Of a stretch of DNA of 64,000 nt, positions 24,113 through 37,052 are shown piece after piece. Position 1 is the stretch's first letter. The number at the start of each line of letters is the position of its first letter. The notes below the pieces were generated by a model. That model had not been told where the DNA came from and did not search any database. It worked only from the letters and a program-made list of their open reading frames with translations. A program made the translations under genes and the position numbers. Origin of the DNA: Cetorhinus maximus. Taxonomy: Eukaryota. Where the stretch lies: positions 221,836,001 to 221,900,000 of the forward strand of contig NC_135880.1 in NCBI RefSeq assembly GCF_964194155.1. The letters run 5' to 3'.

Positions 24113-27100
24113 GTAGGTGCTGGGAGAAACCATCCTTATTTCTCTTCCCCCCCACCCCCTCCCCTCCATTAGCTTGGCTCAGTTGGTAGCGCCCTCGTCC
24201 CAGGTTCAGAGGTTGAACCCACTGCAGCACTGAGGTAGTGCAGCACTGCCAGAGGTACTGCCCTTCCGATCAGACTTTAAAACCCAGTCAGCTGCACTTA
24301 CGGGTGGGTGCAAACGATCCCATGGGTTTTGACAATCTGGAATCTGCTTGACGGGGGTGGGAGCTGATTCTATAACCTGGATAAATACTTGGAAGAGAAA
24401 AAGGCAGGTGAAAGGTACTATATAAATGCAAAGTTATGTGTGTGAGCGTGTGTATATATTGGCACGCCATTTGCGTAGGACACAAGGGGGAAAATTGCAA
24501 GTATACGGAGAAGGAGTGGGACTAACTGGATTGTTCTGTAAAAGAGCTGGCACAGACATGATGGGCTGAATGGCCTTCTTTTGTGTTGTGCTACTCTATG
24601 ATAGGTGCTTATTGGAATGCAAGTGGTTGCTGCATTCTTCCTGGTGCCCTGACTAATATTTATCCCTCAATCGTCATTGCTGCAACAAACTTATCTGTTT
24701 GTCAATCTCAGTTTGTGGTATATTGCTGTACACAAATTGACTGTTTCTTTTGGTTTTTAAAAAAAAGCAACACTTGACAAATTACTTGTTGCATGTGAAA
24801 TGCTTTGTCATACCCTCCTGTGAAAGGTACTACAGTAAATAATAGTTATCTGTTTCTGAGCAACACCCTCCTGTGCACCTGTGAATCTGAAAGAACAATT
24901 TACGGCCTTCTGTCTTGCTCACTGGCATAAAATCCCAGCTGTGTTATTGACAGATGCAAGTAACTTTTTAAACTAAGGTTTATGGATGGTGTAAAGTGCG
25001 TTATATTTGTACTGTGTAAGTGAACAAAGCAATTAATAGTCTATACCCCAGTTACTAGATTGATTCTATAGTAGTTATTGATCACAGTTTGTAAGTGTAT
25101 ATACAATCCACAGTTGACAGTCTTACGTGTGCTGCCAGCTCTGTTTTCCCCTTATTCTGTGAAAGGAGCTCCTGCAATTGGACAATTGAATTTTAATTTT
25201 ATTAGATTACAACTAGAAAGAAAGACTTGCGTTTCTGTAGCTCCTTTCATGACCACCAGTCATCTCGAAGTTCTTTACAGCCAATGGAGCACATTTTGAA
25301 GTGTAGTCACTATTGTAATGTGGGATATGTGGCAGCCTATTTGCACACCACAACAGCAATGTGAAAATAACCAGATCACCTGTCTTTTTGTGATGCTGAT
25401 TGAGGGATAAATATTGGCCAAGACACCAGAGAGAATTCCTCCGCTCTCCTTTGAAATAGTACCGTGGGATCCTCTACATCCACCCGAGCAGGCAGATGAG
25501 GCCACAATTTAATCTCATCTGAAATCTAGACAAAGAAGCAACAATCTAAAAGTTTACACTAACCCAGAGGGCTTCTTTATCCGTGGTTACTGTTTACAAT
25601 TCTGACCTTGCACAGTAAAGATCTGTAAAATCCAGTGTCTCAGGCTTATTATGGTTTTACTGTTGTCAATTTTGTAGAAACACCCATGAGGACATAACGT
25701 GTTATATTTAAACTGAGATATTTAAGAAACAGTGTCATGTTAGGATTTCATTTTTAATTGAGTTTATAGTTTTGGTTGGACTTGGGTAGCCTTACAGCTT
25801 TATGGTGTTTGCATAGTTTTCTTTTTAATGTGGTTAATTCCAAATAAAATGCAATTATCTAAGTTAATCCAGATTGATGTTTTAGGATATGAATCTCGTC
25901 TTACCTGTTCATAGATGTAAGTTTGTGGAATGCTTAATGGAAAGGATGAAGCATTTTGGCAACAAATATCTCAGTGATTCCTGAGCATATTTTCTGCTTT
26001 TGGGTATCTTGGTAATTTACAGTGGTGGAACTTCACAGCTTGATTATTCAAACTCTATCCTTCCTGGCTCCTATCTTCCTCCTTCCACAAACTTAAACTG
26101 ATCCAAAACTCTGTCTGTGTCCTAATTTGCGCCAAGTTCTGTTCACTCTCCATTCCCCCTGTGCTCGCTGATGTACCTGGCTCCCAGTCCAGTAAGGCCT
26201 TAATTTTAAAACTCACATCCTTGTTTTCCAATCCCTCCATGCCTCACTGCTCCCCATAAAACCCTCCGAGATATCAGCACTCCTCCGATACTGGCCTCTT
26301 GAGCATCCCTGATTTTAATCATTCCACCATTGGCAGCCGTGCCTTCAGCCTTAAGCTCCGTAAATTTTTCCACCTCTCTATTCTCCTTTTTTAAGAAGTC
26401 CCTTAAAGCTTACCTTTTTGGACTCTTGTCCCAATGTCTCCCCATGTTATTCGGTGTCAAATTTTGTTTGATGATTGCTGTGAAGCACCTTGAGATTTTT
26501 TTGCTACGTTAAGGTCGCAATAGAAATGCAAGGTGGTGTTGCTGGAGCAACTTTTTAACATTTCCAGTTTGTGATCACAAAGATCAAAGGCTGAGCAATA
26601 GATTTGGTGCTAACGGTAACCTTGGATACAGGCAGACTTAATATGTGTGAAATGTAAAAATATAAGAATTTTTCACTGGAGGCTATTTTTATGACAGCTC
26701 CGTCACTGATCCTGTAACATAAATGTTATGCTGTATACTTTAGAAGCAAGACTTGCATTTATAAAGCGCCTTTCTTGATTTCAGGATATCTCAAAGCACT
26801 TATAACCAAATGCAACACCTTGTTTGCAGTGCAGTCACTTGTAATGTAGGAAACTGCAGCTAACTAGCCACAGAAGAAATGGACCAAAGGTGAACAAAAC
26901 AATCCACACAAATCAGCGGTTTAAATTAAATAATTTTGGAAAAACGTGAACTGATCCTGGGTATTCATTTGACCATTCTTGCACTGCATTGCAGATGGCT
27001 GCCCACTATTCCCCCCCGACCTCGAAATGACACAGTGCCAATACTTTTGATCAATCTCTTAACAGATTGATCAGAAATTCTGTTCTGTTTGTTTTAAGGG

Positions 27101-27314
27101 AGCTGTAAAAGTGAACAGGTAAACACCGCTGTTCAAATAGTGACCAGAGGAATCTCTCCAATTATTTCTATGTTAATCAGCACACAACATGGGCCAGTCC
27201 AGTTAGGGTCACCATGAATGGAAACCTGAAAGGGATGCTAAAAATATTCACAGTGAATTTATTTGGTAGGTGATGAACTACTAAGATCTCTCCTTTTGGT
27301 TCACAGGTTATGCC

Positions 27315-27524
27315 ATGGATATCGTACTGCATTACACAGACTACTACTTTTTCACACCATATGTGTACCCCAGTTCCTGGCCGGAGGATGGTGCTCTACG
27401 TCAGATAATCAGCCTCCTAATTGTAACGAATGTGGGAGCTGCTGTTATCTACCTTCTCTTTGGATTGTTGAGCTATTATTTCATTTTTGACCATGCACTG
27501 AAGCAACACCCACAGTATTTGCCG
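27315..27524 (+). CDS. sc5d: sc5d coding exon 1, lathosterol oxidase / sterol C5-desaturase (MDIVLHYTDYYFFTPYVYP...HPQYLP)
   Basis: Acceptor tcacag at 27306, Kozak gccATGg, donor gtaggt, 210 nt. Closely resembles the vertebrate SC5D N-terminus. Confidence 0.96.
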
Positions 27525-28282
27525 GTAGGTGCTGTCCCTCTGTCGAATGTATAAATATAAGGATATAAGATTATACCAAACAGAAGGACCCTGTTTCAGC
27601 TCTTTGAAAGAGTTATCCAATCAGACCCACTCCTGCTCTTTCCCCACAGCCCTGCTATTCTTTCCTTTTAATTACATATCCAGACCATAGCATGGTCATT
27701 TAAAAAAAGAGCAGAGATGGAGGCTTCGCTATTGCTCATGAGTCACCTATTGCTCTGTTGGCTACTCGGCAGATGAAATGTGACCGTCTTGCTGTACATA
27801 CAGCACCCCCCGCCCCCCCCCCCCCGCCCCTGTAATATTCTCCACTGTGTACCTTCCATATAAAGGAAATTCCTGAGACAGCACACAAAGGAAAAATACA
27901 ATGTAGGTTTCTAAATCATTTTGAAAGCACTTTCACTGGGACTAGCAAACGACATTTTTTTGGAATACAGTTTTCTTGCTACAAAGTCACTGTTTTTGCC
28001 TCCATAGTCCAATATTTATGCTTCATTTTTTTTACTTTCTGTTTTTTATTCCTGTATCCCTCCTCTGCAGAACAGCTTGCCTACAGGTACCCTCTATTGC
28101 TTAGAAAGAAATGTCTTACTGATTGAGGTGTGGTTTTAGCAGTCTGACAGCCCCCACCTCTTTTACCACCCCCCCCCCCCCTCCCCTTCTATCTTTGCTT
28201 GCACTGTGGTTTCAAAGTGTGGGGCATTTTTTTCCATGATCTTTGTGTCACACTTTATCAGTGACTTTATTAATTAGATAGG

Positions 28283-28640
28283 GGGTGTGAGTTAGCTCAG
28301 TTGGTTGAGTGGCTGGTTTGTGATGCAGTGTGATGCCAACAGTGTGGGTTCAATTCCTGTACTGGCTGAGGTCATCCATGGAGGTGTCAGCTGTGGCTCA
28401 GTTCATAGCACCCTCGCCTTTGAATCAGAGCGTTGTGGGTTCATGTCCCACTCCCGGAAACCAAGAACTGTGAATGTACTCGATAGAGTTACATGCGAAC
28501 TGAGGTCATCCATGAAGGCCCCGCCTTCCCAATCTCGCCCCTTGCCTGAGGTGTGGTGATCCTCTGGGCAAAACTGATCAGCAGCCGTCTCTCTAATGAG
28601 AGAGCAGCCTGTGGTCCTTCAGGACTACGGCGACTTTCAT
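28283..28640 (+). mobile_element. tRNA-derived SINE containing a second SINE head flanked by a 15-bp duplication
   Basis: A/B boxes tagctcagttgg and ggttcaattcc; ctgaggtcatccatg at 28366-28380 and 28500-28514. Confidence 0.6.
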
Positions 28641-28884
28641 TTCATTAATTAGGTCCACTTGCCTTACTTCTTACTGTCCATTACCATTAATGGGATTACA
28701 GGTTTTACAGAGAGAGACTGGAGAATTAAGACTTTGTTTTTTTTTGGAGCTGGGAAAGTTAATGAATGGTCTATTTGAGATCTTCAAGGTAAATGGTGTG
28801 GAATAGTAGCATCCCGCTGACTGAGGACATCCCCAACACAAATGAAACGGAAGGTTAGGATTTCTTCACACAGGGTGGTTAGAA

Positions 28885-29490
28885 TGATAGAAAATTTACA
28901 GCATTGAAAGAGGCCATGTGGCCCATTGTGTGTGCTCTGGCTGGAAAACAAGCCACTTGGCCTAATTCCACTTTCCAGCATTTGGCCTGTAGCCCTGCAA
29001 GTTCCAGCACTTAAGGTGCATATCCGGACATCTTTTTAATGAGTTGAGGGTTTCTGCCTCTACTACCCTCTCAAGCAGTGAGATCCAGACCCCCACAACC
29101 CTCTGGGTGAAAAAATGTTTTCCTCATCTCCCCTCTAATCTTTCTACCAATCACTTTAAATCTATGCCCCCCTAGTCGCTGACCTCTTTTGCTAAGGGAA
29201 ATATGCCTTTCCCACCTACTCTATCCAGGCCCCTCACAATTTTATACTTGGCAATCAAATCTCCCCTCAGTTCCCTCTGTTCCAAGGAGAATAACCCCAG
29301 CCTATCCAATTTTTCCTCATTGCTGCATTTTTCCAGTCCTGGCAACATCCTTGTAAATCTCCTCTGTGCCCTCTCTAGTGCAATCACACCCTTTCTGTAA
29401 TAAGGTGACCAGAACTGCACACGGTGCTCAAGTTGTGGCCTAACTAATGTTTCATATAGTTCCAGCATAGAGGTGGAAGTTCCCTGCTGC
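28885..29490 (-). mobile_element. CR1 LINE 3' fragment nested in an opposite-strand CR1 fragment (sc5d intron)
   Basis: ORF LYETLVRPQLEHRVQFWSPYYRK..LRGDLI. Confidence 0.85.
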
Positions 29491-29779
29491 AAACCATTGG
29501 TGGACATTCTTTTGAAAAGGGAATTAGATAGTTGCTTGAAGGATAATAAAATACTATAGAACACGAGGTGTGGGAAGGAGATTGTAATGCGCCTAGGTGG
29601 GGCTTAGGAGAGAAAATGGCACAGACTTGATGGACAGAATGACCTGTTTTCTGTGCCATGATTTTAAAAACAAACATTTGAGTTGTGTGCACACGGTTCC
29701 ATATTTTTGGAAGCGGAGGCAATTCAAATAGTTTCTGAGGATATCTTTGAAACCAATCTTTTTCTCCCCCCTTCTATAG

Positions 29780-29912
29780 AATCAAGTGCAGCGGGAGATA
29801 AAATATGCTCTGAAGTCGATGCCATGGATGAGCATTCCAACAGTGGCTTTGTTCTTTGCGGAGGTCCGAGGGTACAGTAAATTGTACGACAAGATCGATG
29901 ATGCCCATTATG
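29780..29912 (+). CDS. sc5d: sc5d coding exon 2 (NQVQREIKYALKSMPWMSIPTVALFFAEVRGYSKLYDKIDDAHY)
   Basis: Pyrimidine tract plus tag acceptor, donor gtaagc, 133 nt. Confidence 0.96.
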
Positions 29913-30702
29913 GTAAGCTTTTTTAATGAAAAGAACAATGGAGGGAAATGGGAATGCCAAGAGGATCAAAATTCCACTGGGATGTGGATTTGACATTTCG
30001 TTTAATCTACTTGCACTATTGAAATGCAACTGTGGGTAGTGAGCTGAGATCGGGCATGTTCTTGAAACCTGGAAGCTGTTGGCTGAATTGAGAATTGAAT
30101 GGACTTGTTGCTTTGGAAAAATCGCAGTTGAAAGAAGCAAGTTTCAATCCCCATTCTTCTGTGTTTTCCCCACCCTAGATTCCAGCATGGTGAGACCCTG
30201 AATTGCATTTTGTATCAGCTGCCTAGGCCCTGAGCCCTGCAATTCCCTCCCCAAACCTTTCCGTCTCCATCTCTCTTTTTCCTCCTTTAAGACACTTCTT
30301 CTTAAAACCTACCTCTTTCTCTAAACTTTTGGTCACCTTTCCTAATGTGGCTTGGTGTCAAATTTTGTCTGATAGCACTCCTGTGAAGGGTCTTGGGATG
30401 TTTCACTATTTTAAAGGTGCTATATGAATGTAAGCTATTGTTATTTATGGAACACCTGCTTGAGTCCAGCGGGTACTTCAACCACTGAAGGGAAAAGCAA
30501 CATTAAAATGGCTGCATGGAAAGAGCAGTAAGTCCACATGGATTTTTAACTCTCATTCCACCTGGTGGATGCCGTATGGAGGGAGTTCTGCCCCCCTCTC
30601 TCCTTGAGTCTGTGGCCCGTGTGTGTGTGTAAAGACCCGGGTAATCTGTGTTATTTATATCATGAGCCTGCCACCCTAACCTTGACCTTGCTGTTTGATC
30701 AG

Positions 30703-30803
30703 GTTGGTTTGGAGTGGTCCTCAGTATGGTCTCCTTTCTCTTCTTCACGGACATGTGTATCTACTGGATTCATCGGTTTCTCCACCACAAGCTCTTCTAT
30801 AAG
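30703..30803 (+). CDS. sc5d: sc5d coding exon 3 (GWFGVVLSMVSFLFFTDMCIYWIHRFLHHKLFYK)
   Basis: Acceptor atcag, donor gtgagg, 101 nt. First histidine box HRFLH. Confidence 0.96.
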
Positions 30804-31376
30804 GTGAGGTACACTTAGTGTTAAATGGTAGGTTGTGGATTTACAAGGCAGCACAAGTTTGTTATCCAGGTAACTAACGAGAAGAGATTTGAAAATAAGG
30901 ATTAGATTTGATTGTCACGATTAGATAAACCTTTCAATGTTGTATTGATGAATGGGAGGTAATTGGACATAACTAGCTTTGCTTCCATAATATTAAATAG
31001 CGCAGAAAGCCACTTGCCCCATTGTGGCTGTTCTGGCTCTTTGATAGAGCTTTCCAATTAGTCCCACTCCCTTGCTCTGCTCTTTCTTCAAAGCTGTGCA
31101 AATTTTCCTTTTCACATTTATCCAATTCCCCTTTGAAAGTTCTGCATTGCCTGAAAGGGTTTGTGTCAAGAACCTGTTACTAACCTTATTTCCACTTCAT
31201 ACTGTTTTTTTTTAAAGTTTGGGATTTTTCATCATTGCAGCTAACCCTGATTTAGGTGCTGAAAGAAACTGAGGGTGGGTTTGGCTAGACGATAATTTGA
31301 AGATCAAACTCCGAACTGCATGCCTTTTAGTTTCATGTGATCACTAATGTGAAGATCTTTGTAACTTCTCCTACAG

Positions 31377-31826
31377 CATTTACATAAACCCCACCATATT
31401 TGGAAGATTGCAACCCCATTTGCAAGCCATGCTTTTCATCCTGTGGATGGTTTCCTGCAGAGTATCCCGTATCATATCTACCCCTTCCTTTTCCCGCTGC
31501 ACAAGCTGGTCTACCTGGGCCTTTACATCTTTGTCAATATCTGGACAGTGTCCATTCACGATGGAAACTACAGAGTACCTAAGATCCTTGAGGAGGTCAT
31601 CAACGGAGCAGCTCATCACACTGACCACCACCTGTACTTTGACTATAACTACGGGCAGTACTTCACACTCTGGGACAGAATCGGAGGCTCCTACAAGTGC
31701 CCCTCGGCCTTCGAAGGCAACGGACCGCATGATTACCTGAGGAAGCTGAAGGCTGAGGGAAAGCTGTGTGGCAGCTCTTCCTCCAATGGCCACACAGCCA
31801 ATGAAAGAGTCTGCAAAGAGGAATGA
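31377..31826 (+). CDS. sc5d: sc5d last coding exon ([10 protein letters not shown]...HHTDHH...RVCKEE*)
   Basis: Acceptor ctacag; His boxes HKPHH and HTDHH; [12 protein letters not shown] motif; TGA stop. Total CDS 894 nt = 297 aa. Confidence 0.97.
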   Translation, partial: HLHKPHHIWKIATPFASHAFHPVDGFLQSIPYHIYPFLFPLHKLVYLGLYIFVNIWTVSIHDGNYRVPKILEEVINGAAHHTDHHLYFDYNYGQYFTLWDRIGGSYKCPSAFEGNGPHDYLRKLKAEGKLCGSSSSNGHTANERVCKEE

Positions 31827-31985
31827 GCAGCTCCCATTCCCTGACTTTGCCCGTGCTTTGTTCCTGTGAAGCGCTCTCATCCTGCCAAGAGCAATATTAT
31901 GAATGACACATAATCCAGGCATAGCTCAGTGCTCTGATTTACTGTATTTTATCACTACAAATAAGACCTATTGGAAATGTGCAGC

Positions 31986-32328
31986 AATAAAAGACTACTT
32001 GTCGCCTTGTGAGTGATGGGAACCCCCACTTCACTAGCTTTTTTGCAGATTGGAAATACTTTGTTAAAATTTCTGCAGATGGCTACTTTTATGTGGCACA
32101 GGAGATCTGCAAATTAGGGCCTCGACATACTACTGAACTGAATGCTTTGTTATTGCCATCCCTAGGGTACAGGTGATTCTTAGTTGTTGTCCAGTTTTAA
32201 TTTAGTAAGATGTTATAACAAGAATAGACTATTAAAGGATCTGGATCATTCTGATGATTTTAAGTGATTTTAAGACATACAGTTTCTGTGCTGTACAGCC
32301 TTTGTGTTTGGAATGTTTTTGAAATAAA
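31986..32328 (+). terminator. candidate sc5d polyadenylation signals (AATAAA at 31986 and 32323)
   Basis: Two AATAAA hexamers 160 and ~500 nt after the stop; the second is followed by T-rich sequence. Confidence 0.45.
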
Positions 32329-32645
32329 ATCATATATTGTTTTTCAATGATGGGTAATCACAAAAATATTCCCACATATAGATTATGGTAAACATGAAAT
32401 GAGATAATGTGAACTATTATTTGGGCTCAAGTTTGTACCTTAAGTTGTCCTGTTTTAACATTTGCTGCCTACATTATATTGTATAATATTATTTCTTTGG
32501 TCATGTGATGGAATATACAGTAAAATGCCATGCTGCTTTAATGAGTCTGAGTTATTTCAATTACCATTTTATCTGTAATCTGGGAGGGGACTGGGCTATG
32601 CTGTTGGTCTGGATTCCAATCCAGTGTGGGCTGTAAGAATGCTCC

Positions 32646-33396
32646 CATTGTGGTTTCCTCTACATTGGAGAGACCAAACGCAGACTGGGTGACCGCTTTG
32701 CGAAACACCTTCGGTCTGTCCGCAATTATGACCCAGACCTCCCTGTCGCTTGCCATTTCAACACACCACCCTGCTCTCATGCCCGCATGTCCGTCCTTGG
32801 CCTGCTACAATGTTCCAGTGAAGCTCAACGCAAACGGGAGGAACAGCACCTCATCTTCCGACTAGGCACTTTACAGCCTTCCGGACTGAATATGAGTTCA
32901 ACAATTTCAGATCATGAACTCTCTCCTCCATCCCCACCCCCTTTCCGATCCCCCCCTTTTTCCAATAATTTATTTTTTACAAATATATTTTTCTTTTCCT
33001 ACCAATTTTTAAATTTATTTCAATCTACTGTTTTATCTCCACCTTTTAGCCCATTTTGATCCCTTCCCCACGCCCACTAGGGCCATCTGCCACTAGCTTG
33101 TCCTGCTTGCCACCCTGAATGTCCCCATTAGCACATTCCTTAGATAATATCACCACCATCAACACCCCTTTGTCTTTTTCTCTATGACATCTTTGGCAAT
33201 TTCTTCTTTGCCTTCACCTATCACTGCCCCCCTATTGAGCTCTACCTGTCCCACCCCCCTCTACGAGCTTATATTTCACCCCATTTCTCTATTTCCTTAG
33301 TTCTGTTGAAGGGTCATACGGACTCGAAACATCAACTGTATCCCTCTCCGCAGATGCTGTCAGACCTGCTGAGTTTTTCCAGGTATTTTTGTTTTT
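32646..33396 (+). mobile_element. 5'-truncated Penelope-like element downstream of sc5d
   Basis: GIY-YIG remnants (YIGETKRRLGDRFAKH; RKREEQHLIFRLGTLQPSGLN) and a pLTR, flanked by a gctgtaaga(a/g)tgctc duplication. Confidence 0.88.
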
Positions 33397-34659
33397 GAGC
33401 TGTAAGAGTGCTCTGTTAAATAGTTTTCGGGCAGTTTTAATCCAGTGCCTGTGAGCCCATAGCACAAAACCGGCCTCCATTTGTCAATCATATGATGTTC
33501 TTGCTTAGTGAGGCCTCGAGGTGCATCATGTGGGGAGATAGGGGTAAGGGAAACCAGACAGGTCAGTCCAGACAAGCTGCAGCTGCCTTAGGTATGCAGG
33601 GTGGAATGTGTTCTCATCTTTAGCATTGCCATACCTTTTCAAACAGATATACACAATTAAATCACAGTGATGACCTTTGCCTTATCAAACCATATAAGTT
33701 TATGTCTTTGGTATAATGCAGGAACTTTTAAGTCAACTTTTGCCAAGTTTCCAGGTCAAGATATTAAAATCTGATCAGTGACAATGGAGCATTGCATCCA
33801 TCAATTTTAAATGTTTTTTTTTAAATCCCTCCATCTTTAAAAATCCTCTGTGTGTCGACCTCTCTTTAAAATAAGCTTGTATTTATATATACTTGGGGAA
33901 GGCATAGCCGCCAATCAGGGACACGCAAGAGGTCAGAATTGGAATGGCATAGAGATCTAAGAGGGTTGTCAAGCTGGAGCAGGTTAAGAGAGATAGGAAC
34001 GGGTTTGACCACATAATGAGAATTTTAAAATCAAGCCATTAATGGACCGGAAGCCAACCTAGATCAGTAAGCACTGGAATAATGGGTCAATGGAACTTGT
34101 TGCGAGTTAGGAGATGCTAAGCAGTGTTCTGGCTGAGCTCAAGAGGATGGGAGGCCCAGCCTGGAAAGCGTTGGAATTGTTGAGTCGAGAGATAACAAAA
34201 GCATAGATTAGGGATTCATCAGTAAATGGACTAAGACTGGCAGTGATGGAAGTCAGGTGCATGGTTAGTAGTTAATACGCATGAAAACAGCATCTTATTT
34301 TTCACCTTACAAGAATTATTGAATCTTTGGAGCAGTGTTGAAGTGATCAAGATTGCCTAGGAAAAGCTGTTTCTGGGTTTGAGTGTAGAAAAGAAAAAAG
34401 TGATTAGCTAAATGCAGGTCAAGATATTTGAATCCTGAGGTAAATGGGTGGAAGCTATGCATATGTTTAGCCATGTGATGGCAGAAAACAAACTGCAATA
34501 TTTGTAATGATGCTATTCCTATAAAATTCCCTTGCTCATTAACAAAAGTATTATTGCACCTTTTACTAAAAATCATTCAGCATGATCTCTGAATACACAG
34601 CCAATGCTAATGAATCTTCTGAGAAGTATTTGTGGTGCTGTCAGGTCTCTGGCCTTCTG

Positions 34660-35115
34660 TCAGCTGTGGCTCAGTGGGTTACACACTCACCTTTCAGTCA
34701 GAAGGTTGTGGGTTTGAGTGCCACTCCAGAGATTGGAGAACGTAATCCAGATTTACATTCTAGCCCAGTATTGAGGGAGTGCTGCACTGTCAGAGATGCT
34801 GTTGTTCCTTTAACACATTTAACAGAGTCCTAGTCTGCCTTCTCAGTTGTATGTAAAAGGTCATGTGGCACTATTCTAATAAGAGTTGGAGTGTTATATC
34901 TGATGTCTTGGCCAATATTTATCCCTCAACCAACATCACTGAAACAGATTATCTGGTCATTAACACATTGCTGCTTGTGGGATCTTGCCATGTGCAAATT
35001 TGTTGCCACATTTCCTCCACTAAACAGTGAATACACTTTCTTGAAATTACTTCATTGGATGCAAAGTGCTTTGGGACATCCTGAGATTGTGAGATGTGCC
35101 TTATAAACACAAATC
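34660..35115 (+). mobile_element. full-length Deu-domain SINE
   Basis: Head gtcagctgtggctcagtgg, Deu core, L2-type tail. Confidence 0.75.
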
Positions 35116-36677
35116 TTTCTTTCACTCAGCACCGCAACCTGGAACTATTATCCTACAATCTTCAGCCTGTTAAAAGTTACATGGGGTGTCACACACTTTC
35201 CTCTGGTCCTAATGTCTGATTCTCCTAGGCTATTTCGCATGGTGGGACTTTGTATCGAACCTTAATTGAAGTTTATTGTTGAGTACCGGTTGGTCATTCA
35301 ACCAGGAAACGGCATCATAGTTGAACCATAGATGTGAGGGGCTGAATGGACGTCTCCTGTTCCTATATTCCCATGCCATTCCATTCCAGTTACTGAAGTT
35401 CATGATACTATTTTATAATGATGCGTTTGATGTGATTAATGCTGCTGTCCATTACTATATGACCATTTAGGACATCCCAGTCATTAGTAATCTTTGGTTT
35501 TATCTCATCACTATGCTGCTGGCCCCATTCCTCTTTAGGGTTTGTTTGGACTATACCCAAAAGACTAACTGATCCCACAGACACTGACTGACCTACTTCC
35601 GGCATCTTCTGCCTCTTTTGTCGGCTCTCGGCGACTCTAGTCTTTAGTTTTTAACACCGTGCAGGCGGCAATTCCGAGAAATTCATGGGAACTGGTTTTT
35701 AAGATGATTAAATAGAACTGGGATTGAGGTGAGTCAACCTGCTGTAACGCCATTTCCCACTTGGGGGCAGCTATGCACATAGACCACAGTCACAGCTGAG
35801 AGCGAGGTGCAGGATGAATAGAGTCATTTTTGGTTGATGACAAATTAATTTGGCTTAAAAACTTCATTGCATCGACATTAGAAGCCACACAAACACTGTA
35901 GAAATCTGAGTCATTATGCAAACGTGATAGAAATAAATCCAGACAGGGGAAATTGTTTGGCACACCTCACCAGCTACCTACACCAGCCATCTCCAGTCAC
36001 AGAATGATGATCAAGAGATCGTAGAAGTTTTGTTCCTGAGACTCCTCCCTGATGTCCAGCCTAGGGGAGTGATCATTCTTTGTTAAGTGGTTCCTGACAT
36101 AAGAACACAAGAAATAGCAGGAGGGGGCCAAACAGCCCCCTTGAGCTTTCTACATCATTCAGATCAGCCATGATCTTATCAGACAGTGGAGCAGGATCAA
36201 ATGGCCTACTAGTGCTCCTAATTCGTTTGCTCGTGCCTATGTTCAATACACCCGGCTGATTTTCTACCTCAATTCCACTTTCCCGACGGCTCCCCATATC
36301 CCTCCATTCCCTGAGAGGCTAAACATATCTGTTCCAGCCTTAAATGTATTCAACGATGGAGCATCCACAATCCTCTGGGATAGAGAATTCCAAAGATTCA
36401 CAACCCTCTGAGTGAAGAAATTTCTCCTCATCTCAGCCCTAAATGGCTGACCCCTTATACTGAGCCTGTCCCTTCATCCTAGGCTCTGCAGCCAGGGGGA
36501 ACCAGTGTTCAGCATCAACCCTATCAAGCCCTCTAAGAATTTTACATGTTCCAACTTCTCATTCTTCCAAATTCTAGAGAATATTGACCCATGCTACACA
36601 ATCCTTCTTCACAGGACAGCGCTGTCACCCCAGGAATCAATCCAGTGAACCCTTATTGACATCTTTGTTGACAGGTG

Positions 36678-37052
36678 AGATGGTGGAATAGCGGTAACAT
36701 CGCTGAACTAGTGATCCAGGCCAATACTCTGGGGGGGGAAAGGGTTCAAATCCCACTATGGCAGATGGTGGAGCTTAAATTCAATTAATAAATTGGGATT
36801 TGAAAGCTAGTCTCAGTAATGGTAACAATGGCTGGGATTTTCTGGTCCTGCCCCATGAAGCTATCATTGATTGTCACTAATGTCCTTTAGGGAAGGAAAT
36901 CTGCCATCTTGACCTGATCTGGCCCAGATCCACAGCAATGTGGTTGACTCTGAAATGGTCTAACAAGCCACTCAGTTCAAGGGTGATTAGGGATGGTCAA
37001 CAAATGCTGGCTTTGCCAGCAATGCTCACATCCCATGAAATAATTTTTAAAA
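36678..37052 (+). mobile_element. tRNA-derived SINE with CR1-type tail
   Basis: Head ggtggaatagcggtaa..gggttcaaatccc, core tcctttagggaaggaaatctgcc. Other copies at ~50470-50930(-) and 56950-57290(+). Confidence 0.65.

Noticed and set aside
28283-28365. tRNA gene
   Set aside because: A/B boxes are present, but it continues into a SINE body and lacks a proper acceptor stem.
31380-31922. 180-aa antisense ORF over the last sc5d exon
   Set aside because: Shadow ORF of a GC-rich coding exon with no recognisable domain.
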